Shown piece after piece: positions 52,190 through 64,000 of a DNA stretch of 64,000 bases (position 1 is the stretch's first letter; every line of letters begins with the position of its first letter). This DNA comes from Camelus dromedarius (lineage: Eukaryota). Location of the stretch: positions 90,894,001-90,958,000 of the forward strand of contig NC_087472.1 of assembly GCF_036321535.1 (NCBI RefSeq), in the 5' to 3' direction. Made by a program: the position numbers and the translations under genes. The notes beneath the pieces were generated by a model that saw only the letters and a list, made by a program, of their open reading frames with translations, searched no databases and was not told where the DNA came from.

Positions 52190-53845
52190 CAGGAGCTTAC
52201 TGGAAGTTTCCTCATACCAGATCAGCTACCCCTGAATTACCATACTACATCAACTACCACAGTTAATTAACAATAAACTTTGATTTGGCCAACAGATTGA
52301 AAAACTAACTGAAGTTGTGTTAGAAATATTTAAGTGCTGGATACAGTCCGTGGCTGAAAATGATCCAAGCACCAAATGACAAAGGAATTGAATAACTAGT
52401 AGAGAATAAAGACAGAAACCATCACATGAACACAACCAGAGACAAGAGAGCCGTGCAGATGACAAGTGGTTTTTAATTGTTGGTAGGAAGGAGGGACACC
52501 TCTTCCATTCTTATAGGAGGGAATGAAAGAGAAGGGTGCAGTTGCAGGGATATCTCTAAGTCTGGAAGGCAGAAATTTTGTGTGCTCCCACCTAATGACT
52601 TTTTTCTTTCTCAGTGAAGTAGGAACCAAGGTACCTCTGCAGAGACTGGAGAGGCAAGGGAGAGACCAGAGGTAACATGAGAGTGAAAAGGGTTTGAAAT
52701 AGTTACTATGGAAACTGAGGACAGAGTTGACTACGGAAACATGGAGGAATTTCCAGGCACCATGGAGGGTGGCCTTAGGTGGAGTTAGACATCATGGATT
52801 TATGGTCGCACCAATGGTGTGATTTTGTCCAGCAGTGCTCTCAGCTGTCAAAATGTAAGCAAAAAGCAGTTGTATCCATCCCACAATAGGGTTGGAGTCA
52901 ATGGAAGGAGTCGATGGGAGGGATGGAACAAAGATGTTAAAAATCCTGGTAAGAGAGAGGTTAGAGTGCTGGACCACAGAACATAAGCTAGACAGATAAG
53001 GAAGACAGGAGGGAGCTGATATTATGTAAGGAGAAATTGATGGAGCAGATGGGGGCTGCTGACCCTTGAGGCTGACTGACAGGTGTAGTGGGAGCAACTG
53101 AGTGAGGAGGGGACGTTTAGGAGACTGTGGTCAGTGGATTGTGTGAACGTAAGATGTCAGAGGATGCAGTTCTAAGGGTGACAAGTTCCAGAACAAGGCC
53201 ATGAAGTGAGTGAATGGAGGGGAGTGTATGTGAAGGTCATGGAAAAAGAGAAAATGTGCAGCTGGAAAGGACGGGGTGTCTGGCTGTCTGCCTGGGTGGG
53301 GAAGTGCACAGGATTATGGCAGGACTGGGGAGGAGAAGAAACAATGGGCCGTCACTGACTGAGGGAGAGCGACCAGCAAGCTAGAAGCTGACAGAGATGA
53401 GGAGATGTAAGGAGCGGCACAGTTACATCATGTGCGCCTCAAAAGCCCGGATAGAGAATGGCCTGCAGGAAGCACAGAGAGCCAGGTGAGGACCTGTCCC
53501 ACTGCCCAGCCTGATACCCTGTGAGAGAGAGATGGACCACCTCCACTTGAGAGAGCCACAAAGAACTGGAGTACAGTTAGGGCTGAGGGGGCAGTGCGTG
53601 AGGATATGGGGAAGTCTACTGTGGGGTAGGAGTTGCACACAGCCCAGCAGAAGGGGAACAGTATAAGTGGAGAGGCAAGGTAACTGGAAGGATGCACACA
53701 CCACGGCAAAGAGGGACCAGAGAAAACTGGCATGGAGGGTTTGGCTGGCTACAAAGTTTTCAAAGAATTGACCCCAGCTTTTTTCTGGTGACTGGGGAGA
53801 GGTGTTAGGGCTGGCTCTCCTGGAACCCAGGCATCCTGCCAACAG
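52190..53845 (-). mobile_element. LINE-2 internal relic (antisense)
   Basis: Long purine-rich stretch that is the mirror image in composition and motifs of the L2 body at 26700-27950. Confidence 0.5.
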
Positions 53846-56199
53846 AGCTGTAGGTTATGTGTGAATAGAATTTAGTTTGAAGCACATGAAATTGCTACTA
53901 TTCACTATTTTTGACCTACAAAAATCATATGGGTCAATCTAAGAGTATCTGCCATACTAAAGGGAGTAATTTTTTTTTTGCAGTGACCTGGGAATAATGG
54001 ACTACTACTTTCTGCTAATTTAAGACCTCAACAGATAGAGCTACAAGTGGAGGTATTAACTTTGGTCTCTTAAGTTACCAAACCAGGAAGCGTTCATCTC
54101 TAGCACCATGCCATGTTCTGCTGTCCAGGGTGGTTAGCAGCGGACGTGCATGACAGGAATGCTCACTTCCTAAGAACAGTCATCAAGCTGTTTCTTGACC
54201 ACTTGGAGCTCAGAGGTGAGAGAATGATCCAGCTGGGGATGTAGGACCAAACAAGAGGACTATGTGGGATTTGGGGGCAGAGGTGGGGAGGCGAGGAATG
54301 AGTGCCGGTCTCAGTAGGAGCAAAGAAACAGAAGGTGACAGGAGGCTGCAGGGCATGAGATCAAAAGAAGAAAAGCAAAGAAGAAACAAAGGCAAAACCT
54401 CAGAAAGTGTCTCATATCAGAAACAGCATCTTCTTTTCCCTAGGAAAGGAAGTGCTGCCTCCCCCAAAACCAATTATAGTGGCAGGAGAGGGAAGGCATG
54501 GCGCACAATAAGGAGAGAAAAATGACTGTAAAGCACTTTGCAAAAATAAGGAGTTATATAAAGTCCCAATAATAATAAATCACCTTGCCTGAGGTATGAA
54601 AACCTTAAAATAACCTGAAAAATCAAAACGTGGAGGAGAAGCAGAAGGCATGGATGAGCTTCCAGAAGGTTTGTATGCTTGCTTTAAATTCCTCCCCCTC
54701 AACTTTGCCAGCCAGGTTCTTTAAGAGCAGTCCTCAATCAGGTTGTGGGCTGAAAATGGGTCTGGCCCCTGCTTAAACCCGCCACCCCCCACTCCATTCA
54801 CCCCTCTGGGTCTGTCAGAGGAGGGCACAGACTCTGGGGGAAACCTCTTTTCTGAATCTGGCATCTGCCTTCTTGAATACCGATGCATCTGTTTTGTACA
54901 GGTTTTCTTTTCTTCCTTTTGTAATATAAAAAGAGAAAGGGTAAAAAAAAAAATATTCATTCCTGGAAAAAAAAAAAAAGAAAAATAGGTCTTTCTGAAT
55001 TCTCAGTACTGGAGCTCCATTCTTTATATATCTACTTGTTCCATTGTTAAATAAACCCACATATTTAAGGGTGACACATTCTCTTAACTAATGCCTTGTC
55101 AGGCCCATGTGCCTTGCTAAAAATGGACCTTGATGACTGCTGTTGCCATTTTTTTCTAAGAAATAATTTGATGATTTTTATCCTGCTTCTCTCTATCACC
55201 ACTCCCAAGAAAATGGTTATCTTTTTGCAAAAACCAGTTTTTGAACAAACCGAGTGTTCAACCGTGTATGAGGCGGAAAGTTTTCTTAAAAACATTTGTA
55301 CAGGTCACACACACATACTCCCTGCCCTGTGGAAATCTGCTTTCAATTGGGAGTAAACGCTCTTCTGCAGTAAAACTGTTTTCTGTTCACCCTCTCCCAG
55401 TGTTAATGTGCATCCTGACGTCTTACCTTGTGCAGACCTGAATATCCCCCAGAAAAGAGATAATTTAATAAAAGCGGGTGATATGAATCACCCAGGGACA
55501 TTTTGAATTATTATCTGTAGATAATTCATTATGCACATATTTCTAGTGAGATTCTTAAATCAGCAGGGCTTCTTAATCAGAGACTTTCAAATTTTGTCTG
55601 TAATAACTAGAGACTTGACCCATAAATCAGCAAATAGGCCAGCAGGCTCACCACATGCTTCACATTTCTTCTTGGGAGAAAAAGACACTTAATTATCCTG
55701 AGGTCACAGAAGAAGGGGAAAATGGACATGAAAGTGGTTGGGGGTTTTGCAGCAAAGTATAACTAATTTCAACATTGTCTTCAAAGTGAGCTCACAAAAA
55801 GACGACGATGAAAACTTTTGAAATCGAGTCAGGTGTTTTATACAGAGAAAAGATGTTTTCAGCGTTTGCAGGAACAATCTTACCAAGCAACCCAGCCTCT
55901 CATTTCCAACAAGACCATTGTCTCGAATTGGAACATTTTTTTCCTTTGTGTGTCATGTTACCAGTTTTTCAAATTAAATTTCTAATATGGAAGACATGGG
56001 TAATGAGGCTGAATAGAAGGATGAAAATATCTAGTCACAGACTTGGAACATAAGGCTTATTTCAATCAATGTAAGTAATGCTGATATAAGAATCAAGTCC
56101 ACCCTCAATTTCTGGTATCCTTCCTTACCCCTACTTCACGGGAACCTCTCACTTATTACTCTGACCCTCTTCCTCCTCCTCAGGTCTTATTATACTACC

Positions 56200-56776
56200 T
56201 CCCATGGTAAAAACCCACACTCAGTGAAGGATCCTATACTGATCACATAGCGCAGTGTGAAGCTGGCGAGAAACTCCATGGGAGATAGCCCCAGAAGACT
56301 GGGTGCAAATCCCAGTGCCCATTAGCACTGTGCAGAGGATGCTGTTGCTGCAATGCCAGACGTCCATTCCCTGGTTGGTGCACTTATCTCCTAGCTGCTG
56401 TAAGTGTAGGGAGCCAGCTGCTCACAGCTGTCCTGTCTCCAGGAAAATGCTCTCCGACAAATGGGAGCCCCTTCTCCCAGGAGATTAAGGCTCCCTCCCC
56501 TCCCAGGAGCAGCCATTTGTCAACTGACTGACAAGAGTACAAAAGGCCAACCATCTCGAGGGGGGACCAATTCTGTGGTGCCCCTTTGTGCCCCAAGGCT
56601 CCCCGGAGATCAGGCTGCAGTCAGCCTGTAGCCAAGACCACTTCCTTGTGTAGCCCCCTTCCCCTGCCCTATCCTGCTTCCGTTTTCCCCCTTCTCCTGA
56701 GAGCACTTACTCAATAAGCCACTTGAAAAAGTATCCCTGCTTCAGGCTCTGCTTTTAGAGACCCCAACCTAAGATG
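56200..56776 (+). mobile_element. ERVL solo LTR (LTR16/LTR41-like)
   Basis: CCCTGCCCTATCCTGCTTCC...TCAATAAGCCACTTG...CAGGCTCTGCTTTTAGAGACCCCAACCTAAGA end. Confidence 0.65.
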
Positions 56777-57619
56777 CACTAAGACCCCGGACACTCACTT
56801 AACACGTCTAGTAGCAGCTCCCTCACACGCAAAGTGAAGATGATAACACACATCTCACAGGACTGTCATACAGGTTAAATGAGAAACTATTGCAAAGACC
56901 ACTGATCAAATAAAGTGCTATCTGAATTTAAGGGATTATTATGACCTTATGTAAATACAAGACAATGGGTATGTTACTTTTCCCACAGATGGAGTGAGGG
57001 GAGCTGAGTGTACTTCCTGGATAAAAGATCTTCTTCCCTTGGCTCCTGGTTCTCCTCTTCCTTCACTAGATCCCCATTGCTGGCTCCTACTCCTCTGCGC
57101 CACCTCTAAATGCAGGCAGCACATGCAGCTAGGGAAAAGCCCAGGCTGCCTCTTTCCGCTCCTAGCACATGCTGACGTTCTCCATATACTGAGGACTCCC
57201 AGCTCTCAAGCCTCAGCTCTGATCTCTCTCTAGAACGCCAGACTCACATTTCCTAGTGTCTAGTTGGCAATTCCATGTGGCTGCCGGGCAGAAATCTGAC
57301 TTAACATGGCCAAAGCATTACTGTTGAGTCCCCGTCTCTCAGTTGGCTTCCCGACCATGGTCCACCTTCCCCAACTGAGTAAACAGTTATCTTCCAGAGA
57401 GTTGCTCAAGTCAAAACTCTAGGAATTATACTTGATTGCTTTTCTCTTTCATCCTTTACGTACAATCCATCAGTAAGCTCTGCCAACTCTTTCTCCAAAT
57501 TCCATTTCCCTCTGTCTCCACTCCCACTGGCATAATCCAAGTGACCATCATTTCTTACTTGAACTACTGCACCCTGACAATCCACTCTCCTTTAAAATAT
57601 CAAGATCATGTCACCGACA

Positions 57620-57781
57620 GGGAAGGTACAACTCAAGTGGTAGAGTGCATGTTTTGCATGCACAAGGTCCTGGGTTCAATCCCCAGTACCTCCTCTAAAA
57701 ATAAATAAACCTAATTACCTCCTCCCTCTAAAAAACATAAATAAATAAAAATAATACAAAAATAGATATTTTTTAAAAAAG
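57620..57781 (+). mobile_element. tRNA-derived SINE, camelid Vic-1 type
   Basis: tRNA-like head (CTCAAGTGGTAGAGTGCATG...GGTCCTGGGTTCAATCCCCAGTACCTCC) with a B box, then AATAAATAAACCTAATTACCTCC and an A-rich tail. TSD is CATGTCACCGA (57607-57617) / CATGTCACTGA (57782-57792). Confidence 0.85.
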
Positions 57782-57837
57782 CATGTCACTGAACTGCTTG
57801 AAATCTTCAAGTGACTTTCTCCTGCTCTTAGAACAAG

Positions 57838-58005
57838 CTCTCTCTGCTGTCTCTCGCTGTTTCTATCTCTCCCTCTGTCTCCTCCTCCCTCTCCATTTTC
57901 CTCTTTCCCTCCCTTCACCTTCTCCCTTTCCCTCTCTTTCCTCCCTCCCTCCTTCCTTCTCTCTCCTTTCTTATTCTCCTCTCTCCCCTTCCCTCCTTCT
58001 CCTGT
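57838..58005. repeat. CT-rich low-complexity polypyrimidine tract
   Basis: About 165 nt almost exclusively C/T. Confidence 0.85.
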
Positions 58006-58984
58006 CTGATACACACACACTCACACATACATACAATATCCCAATCACATTGCTTTCCTTTGGTTCTTTGAAAAATGCCAAAATAGTTCTTGCCTCAGGG
58101 CCTTTGCATTTGCTCTATCTTCAGCCAGGAATATGCTTCCCCAAACTTCCATGGCTGTCTCCGTTTTGCCATTCAAAGTTTGTTGGAGTCTCCCAACAAA
58201 TTTAAAATAGTTGCCCAGGCATGTTCTGTCACATCACTCTATTTTAATTTTCTGGAAATCCTTTCTCACTCATTGTTTACTTATCCATACGTATATATCT
58301 GTCTTCCCCACCACTCTAAGTTTCATGAGAACAGAGATCTTGTTTGTTTTGTTCACAGCTATATCCCAAGGGCCCCAGATCGTGTCTGATTCATATCAAG
58401 TGACCACTAAGTGCAGGTTTTGGATGACTAGATTAACGGGTGGATGCATGAATCAATCAACAGAGCACTGGACCAAAGCTTGGGTTCTAGCTCAGCTATA
58501 CCACTTGCTAGCTGTGAGAACTTGGACAAGTTAATGGATTGTTTCAGGGGCATCTTGGATGAGCCTTGCCAGACTGGTGCTGAAGTGAGAGGTTTTAGCC
58601 TCCCAGAGTGCAGTGAGGCCTTGAAACCTCCTCCTGGGTCCTCGATTCACTCTGAAGCACACATGGTAAAAGCATAATCATGGGGTAAGGGGACCAATCA
58701 CTCTGGTTTGCCCAGGACGGAGGGCTTCTTGGCACGCAAGACTTTCAGCGCTAAATCTGGGAGGGTCCGAGGCAAAACAGGACAGTTGGTCACCCTCCTG
58801 TGGGGTGAGGTGGAGTGTCTTCAGCTCCGGGGCTGGGAGCACTGCAGAGGAACTGCAGTAAAGAAAGCAGCATCTGAGCGGCAAGAGTAAGGGTTAGTTA
58901 GGAGCCTGACAAGGCGTGGTGCTGAACACGTAATGTCTCTGGACACTCTTTAAATCTTGTTGGGCTTTATTATCATTGTTATTT

Positions 58985-59292
58985 CATTTTTTAGTTTGGA
59001 GAAAGTTTCAACTAGAGAAGTCAGTAAGAATAGTACAAAGAACCTCCATATACTTTTTACCCAGATTCAATAATTCTGATCATTTTGCCATATTTGCTTT
59101 GTTATTCTCTTTGTCTCATTTTTTCTGGACCATTTGAGAGCGAACTACATCTTTGTGCTTCTTAACCCCTTAATATTTCAGTGTCTTTGTCCTAAGAACA
59201 AGGATATTCTCTTATAGGACTATGACATAGTTTTTAAATTTAGGAAATTTAACACTGATGCAATACTTACGCTTAATCAGCAGTCTATATTC
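58985..59292 (-). mobile_element. Old L1 3'UTR fragment (L1MC-like)
   Basis: AATAGTACAAAGAACCTCCATATACTTTTTACCCAGATTCA; CCTAAGAACAAGGATATTCTCTTA. Confidence 0.6.
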
Positions 59293-60510
59293 CAATACAA
59301 TGGAGAAAAGACAGTCTCTTCAGCAAGTGATGTTGGGAAAACTGGACAGCAGCATGTAAATCAATGAAGTTAGAACACTCCCTCACTCCATACACAGAAA
59401 TAAACTCAAAATGGCTTAAAGACTTAAACATAAGATGACATACTATAAACCTCCTAGAAGAAAACATAGGCAAAACATTCTTTGACATAAACCTTAGAAA
59501 TGTTCTCCTAGGGCAGTCTACACAGGCAATAGAAATAAAAGCAAAAATTAACCAATGGGACCTAATTAAACTTATAAGCTTTTGCACAGCAAAGGAAACC
59601 ATAAACAAAACAAAACAACAACATAAAGAATGGGAGAAAATATTTGTAAATGATGTGACTGGCAGAGGCTTAATTTCCGGAATATATAAACAGCTCATAC
59701 AACTTAAGAAAAAAACCCAATCCAAGAATGGGCAGAAGACCTAAATAAGCAATTCACCAATGAAGACATACAAATGGCCAATAGGCACATGAAAAAATGC
59801 TCAGCATCACTAATTGTCAGAGAAATGCAAATCAAAACTACAATGAGGTTATCACCTCACACCGGTCAGAATGGCCATTATTAAAATGTCCACAAACAAT
59901 AAACGCTAGAGAAGGTGTGGAGAAAAGGGAGCCCTCCTACACTGCTGGTGGGAATGTAGTTTGGTGCAGCCACTGTGGAAAACAGTATGGAGATTCCTCA
60001 AAAAACTAAAAGTAGACTTACTAAATAATCCAGCAATCCTACTTCTGGGTATATATCTGGAGGGAACTCTAATTTGAAAAGATATATGCACCCCAATGTT
60101 CACAGCAGCACGATTTACAATAGCCAAGACATGGAAGCAACCTAAATGTCCATGGACAGATGACTGGATAAAGAAGTTGTGGTATATTTATATACTAGAA
60201 TTCTACTCAGCCATAAAAATAATAAAATAATGCCATTTGCAGCAACATGGATGGACCTAGCAATTGTCATTCCAAGTGAGGTAAGCCAGAAAGAAAAATA
60301 CCAAATGATATATCACTTATACGTGGAATCTTTAAGAAGAAAAAAAAAAGAAAAAAAGGGCACTATGAACTCATCTACAAAACAGAAGCACACTTGCAAA
60401 CATAGTAAACAATCTTATGGTTACCGAGAAAAGGGGGTGGGAAGGGATAAATTTGGAAGTTTGAGATTTACAAATGTTAGCCACTATATATTACAATAGC
60501 TTTTTAAAAA
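59293..60510 (+). mobile_element. 5'-truncated LINE-1, same subfamily as 38363-40080
   Basis: High similarity to 38680-39900 with ORF2 C-terminal remnants; the terminal part of the 3'UTR is missing. Confidence 0.9.
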
Positions 60511-61934
60511 TTATGACTATACTAAATGCCACTTTAAAATGGTCAACTTTATGTTGTGCGAATTTCACTTCAATTAAAAAAACAAACATAAACTAAAAAA
60601 AAGAAAAGTAGAAAAAACTCTTTCTGCCTTCAAAGAGCTTAGCGGGGAAAAAAATGAAGGTACTTAATGTTCATTGCACATCTACTATGTGATAGGGACT
60701 GCTGTGGTGGGAAACCACCTTGATGAATTGGAAGATTCCACATACACTATTAGAAAAGCTACCCCAGAGGATAAGAAACAGAAAGGCTCACAGATCAAAT
60801 TACAATGCTCAAGTCACATGATTTGAGTTGACTTAAAATATAGAGTGAGAAGGAAAGGGAAAGAGATGGATTGGGTTTCCACATTTGGGATAGGGTGCAA
60901 GTGGGATGGAAAGATGACGATGCCTTAATCACAGGTTATGCAAAGTTCATATGTCCTGTATCTCTCAGTCAGATCTCCTACTGATGTGGTTACCAAGATC
61001 AGAGTCGAGAATGAACAAGGAGACTCAGCAAATGGAAGTTACCTGGAGACAATACCTTGTTGCCCTATCAGTAAGACACAGGGACAAGTATGCCTGGCCA
61101 CTGCTATAATCTGCCAATCATCTACTGAACAGCCATTGCACCGCTTTTGTCTGTGCATCTCAAACAGAGGACATGTGGGGCCAGAACAGACGTCAATAAT
61201 GGGTGGCTGAGTTAAGAAATCTACAGTTCTTAGGAATACTTGGTCGGATTTGGTCCTTCGTGTTGATGTTCAGCATATATGCTCTACTTACCCTATCATG
61301 TCTAATACATCTCAATCTATTAGAAACCTACTGCTTCTCTAATTATTTCACCTCTTGTCTTTAATTCTCTTGTTCTCCATATAGAAGTGAATATTCTTCA
61401 ATAATAAAGCAAACACACATTTTTGGTATTACGTAGGAAGTGTTCACATATCTTCTCATTTAATTCTTATATTTTATTTAAGGAGGTAAAAAGACACATG
61501 TTATATGCATTGAACAATGTGAGAAGAGTACAATGCAACAGATAGCCAATCAACGGCTTGGCGATATGGAAGCCATACTGTAAAGATTCCAGTAAGGAAA
61601 ACTGGGTTTATTCAGTGACGGGGTTCATGGAGGAGTTGTTTCTCTACCTGACCTTGAAGGAAGTGAGGAACTCTACCTGAAAGAGAGTAGGGGTATGTAC
61701 ATTAACAGCAGAGCAAGGAGAGTAAATCTTGGGAACTATAAGGAGAGATCACTGACAGGAAAACAAAGCCATCTTTAGCTGCAAAAAAGAGGTGCAGTCA
61801 GCCTGGAGAAGGTAGAGTTGATAGAAAGAGAAAGCCAAAAGGCTCAAAAGATAATGTTGGACTTGCTCTTCTAAACTAGTGATCTTCAAATATTTTTGAA
61901 GATGCACTACTAGCAAAACACTGGGGGCACACCC

Positions 61935-62297
61935 TTTGTAGATTTTTACTGCTCAAAATATTTGCTGATACTCCTTGTTTAGAATTCTACATCCCTACCC
62001 TATTGGTGTCAGCCTTGGCCAATAGCCTTGCTTTGGCTAATGAAATTGATAGGAAGTGATATGCCGCACTTCTGAAGAAAAGTTTAAGAACCATAGTGTG
62101 ATTCCACCATATTTAACTTTCTAGCAATGCCCCAGACAGAGGATGCCCCTTCACCCTTGGTTCTAAAATGAAAATGGCTTGGAGGCTACAGCCAGCCCAA
62201 TATGGACAAAAAACACAAATAAGAAATAAACTTTTTTTGTACAACAGTGAGATTTGCAGATGGCTTGTTATTATATTGCAACTTAGTTCACTGATAG
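61935..62297 (+). mobile_element. MLT1 LTR
   Basis: TTGCTTTGGCTAATGAAAT...AAGAAATAAACTTTT...TGAGATTTG. Confidence 0.6.
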
Positions 62298-62299
62298 AG

Positions 62300-63770
62300 C
62301 TTCCAGTTAGCACTGTTTTGGAGGTTGTAGCCAGTACAGTAAGACAAAAAAAAAAGTCTTTGGATTGATAAGAAAAAACAAAAAATTTTGGCAGGGGATT
62401 ATAGTTTCCTATGCAGAAGAATCAAGAAAACTTATAGATAAATTATTAGAATTAATAAGATGGATTGGCAAGATTGCTGCCAAACTCAAAATACAAAAAT
62501 CAATAGATTTTCTATACCCCAGAAAACAATTATTTAGAAAACATAATTTTTTAAGTGCCACTTAAATTAGCAGCAGAGATAAATGTTTCTGGGAAGAAAA
62601 TCGAGCAAAAGATGAGTAAGCCCTTTAAGGAAAAATTATAATACTGTATAGAAACACGTTAAAGATAACTTAGGTAAGTGGAGAAATACAGTGTATTCTT
62701 GGTTTAGAAGACTCAGTATTGTAAACATGCATACAGTCAATGCTATTTTAATCAAAGACTCAACAGGGTTAGCGTGGAATTTCACAAACTGATTCTACAA
62801 TTATATAGAAGAGAATTGGACTAGTAATAGCCAAAACACTTCTAAAGAAGAAAACTAAAGTGGGAAGACTTGCCCTATGAGATATCAAGTCTTATTTAAT
62901 GGCTGTAATATTTAAGACAATGTGCTATTGACAAAGGGATATATACATTTCACCAAAGAGAAAATTAAAATGGCCATAACATATGAAAAGATGCTGTGCC
63001 TTTTAAGTATTCACAGGAAAATACAAATTAAAACCACAAGCTACCATTTTCTACACACCAATTGGCAAAATTGAAAAGTCAGATAATGAAAGGGTTGACC
63101 AAAAATGTAAAACATTGTGTACTTTCATCCACTGTTGGTAGAAGCTCATCAATTTTGGGAAAGTAAAGCTGAACATGCACATTATTTGTGACCTTGTTAT
63201 TCCATCTCTAAGTATATGCCCTAGAGAACTTCTTGCATGTGTACCAGGAGATGTAGAAAGAATGCTTACAGCAGCTTCATTCCTGAGAGCAAAACACTGA
63301 AAACAACCAACTCTCCATCATCAGCAAAAATATCATTAGACTGAGACATATAGGATGCTGTGCAGCAGTGGACATGAACAAACTATAGTGCATCAACATG
63401 AATGAGGCTCAAAGATGCAAAGTTCAGTGAAAGGGCCAGCTCACTGAAAAATGCATCCAGTATGAATCTAATTGTCTACCATTCCAATTACAGAAAACTA
63501 AGCAACATATTGTTAAGAGACATATTCATGTGTGGTTTAAAAAAAACTCTATGAAGCAAATGAGCTAATTATCAATACAAAATCCAAGATAATGGTCACC
63601 TGGAAGTCCAGGGACAGGATCTCCAGAGAGCCAATGAGGTAGTAGTAAAGTTCTATTTCTGAAACTGAGTAGATAGGTCCATGAATGTGCATTTTACTAG
63701 TATTATTTACTTTGCATGTGTACATTTCACATCCTATGTATATGATATATTTCATAATAATTTTTAAATT
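62300..63770 (+). mobile_element. Ancient degenerate L1 (L1ME-like)
   Basis: ORF2 traces (KLLELIR..GKIA, IQKSIDFLY; ATAGCCAAAACACTTCTAAAGAAGAAAA) and an L1ME-like 3'UTR. Confidence 0.75.
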
Positions 63771-64000
63771 AATGGGCATAACCATATATATAAATTTTAA
63801 ACATAACTAGTGTACTATACATAAGAATAATAAAACACATAAAAACAGACTCTTTTAAGGGATGGGGTAAAACAGAATAGACGTCCTTTAAGTTTGCCCA
63901 AAATTATGGTTCCAAAAAACACTTCTGTTATCAGTCTGTAGAAGTTTGGCTTCATGTCCTGAATATTTCTGTTTTTAATGTCTTGCTATTCATGATAGCT

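Larger units (their letters stand above)
57120..58460 (+). mobile_element. L2 3' region hosting the SINE and a polypyrimidine tract
   Basis: TGCCTCAGGGCCTTTGCATTTGCT; TAAGTTTCATGAGAACAGAGATCTTG; GGATGCATGAATCAAT end. Confidence 0.75.

Noticed and set aside
57620..57695. tRNA gene
   Set aside because: It is the degenerate head of a SINE with an A-rich tail and TSD.

Overview
Mammalian genomic DNA, AT-rich and dense in repeats. It is probably from a camelid: there is a Vic-1-type tRNA-derived SINE and several cetartiodactyl-type L1 3' ends. X-linkage is plausible but only inferred. The only credible host protein-coding gene is an intronless ferritin heavy-chain-like retrogene (FTHL17-type, 15195-15746, +). 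It lies in a CpG island, has about 97% GC at third codon positions, and has lost the ferroxidase, ion-channel and NCOA4-binding residues. It also carries relics of the FTH1 UTRs, including a possible broken IRE. The most unusual mobile element is a TSD-flanked ~2.8 kb L1 (30450-33282). It keeps its promoter and a near-intact ORF1 but lacks almost all of ORF2, so it resembles a half-L1 (HAL1) or a spliced L1. The rest is old L1, L2, MIR, MaLR/ERVL LTR and DNA-transposon relics, some deeply nested, plus microsatellites and unique non-coding stretches. Repeat family names come from remembered consensus sequences, not from a database search, and repeat boundaries are approximate. I found no clearly novel multi-gene system.
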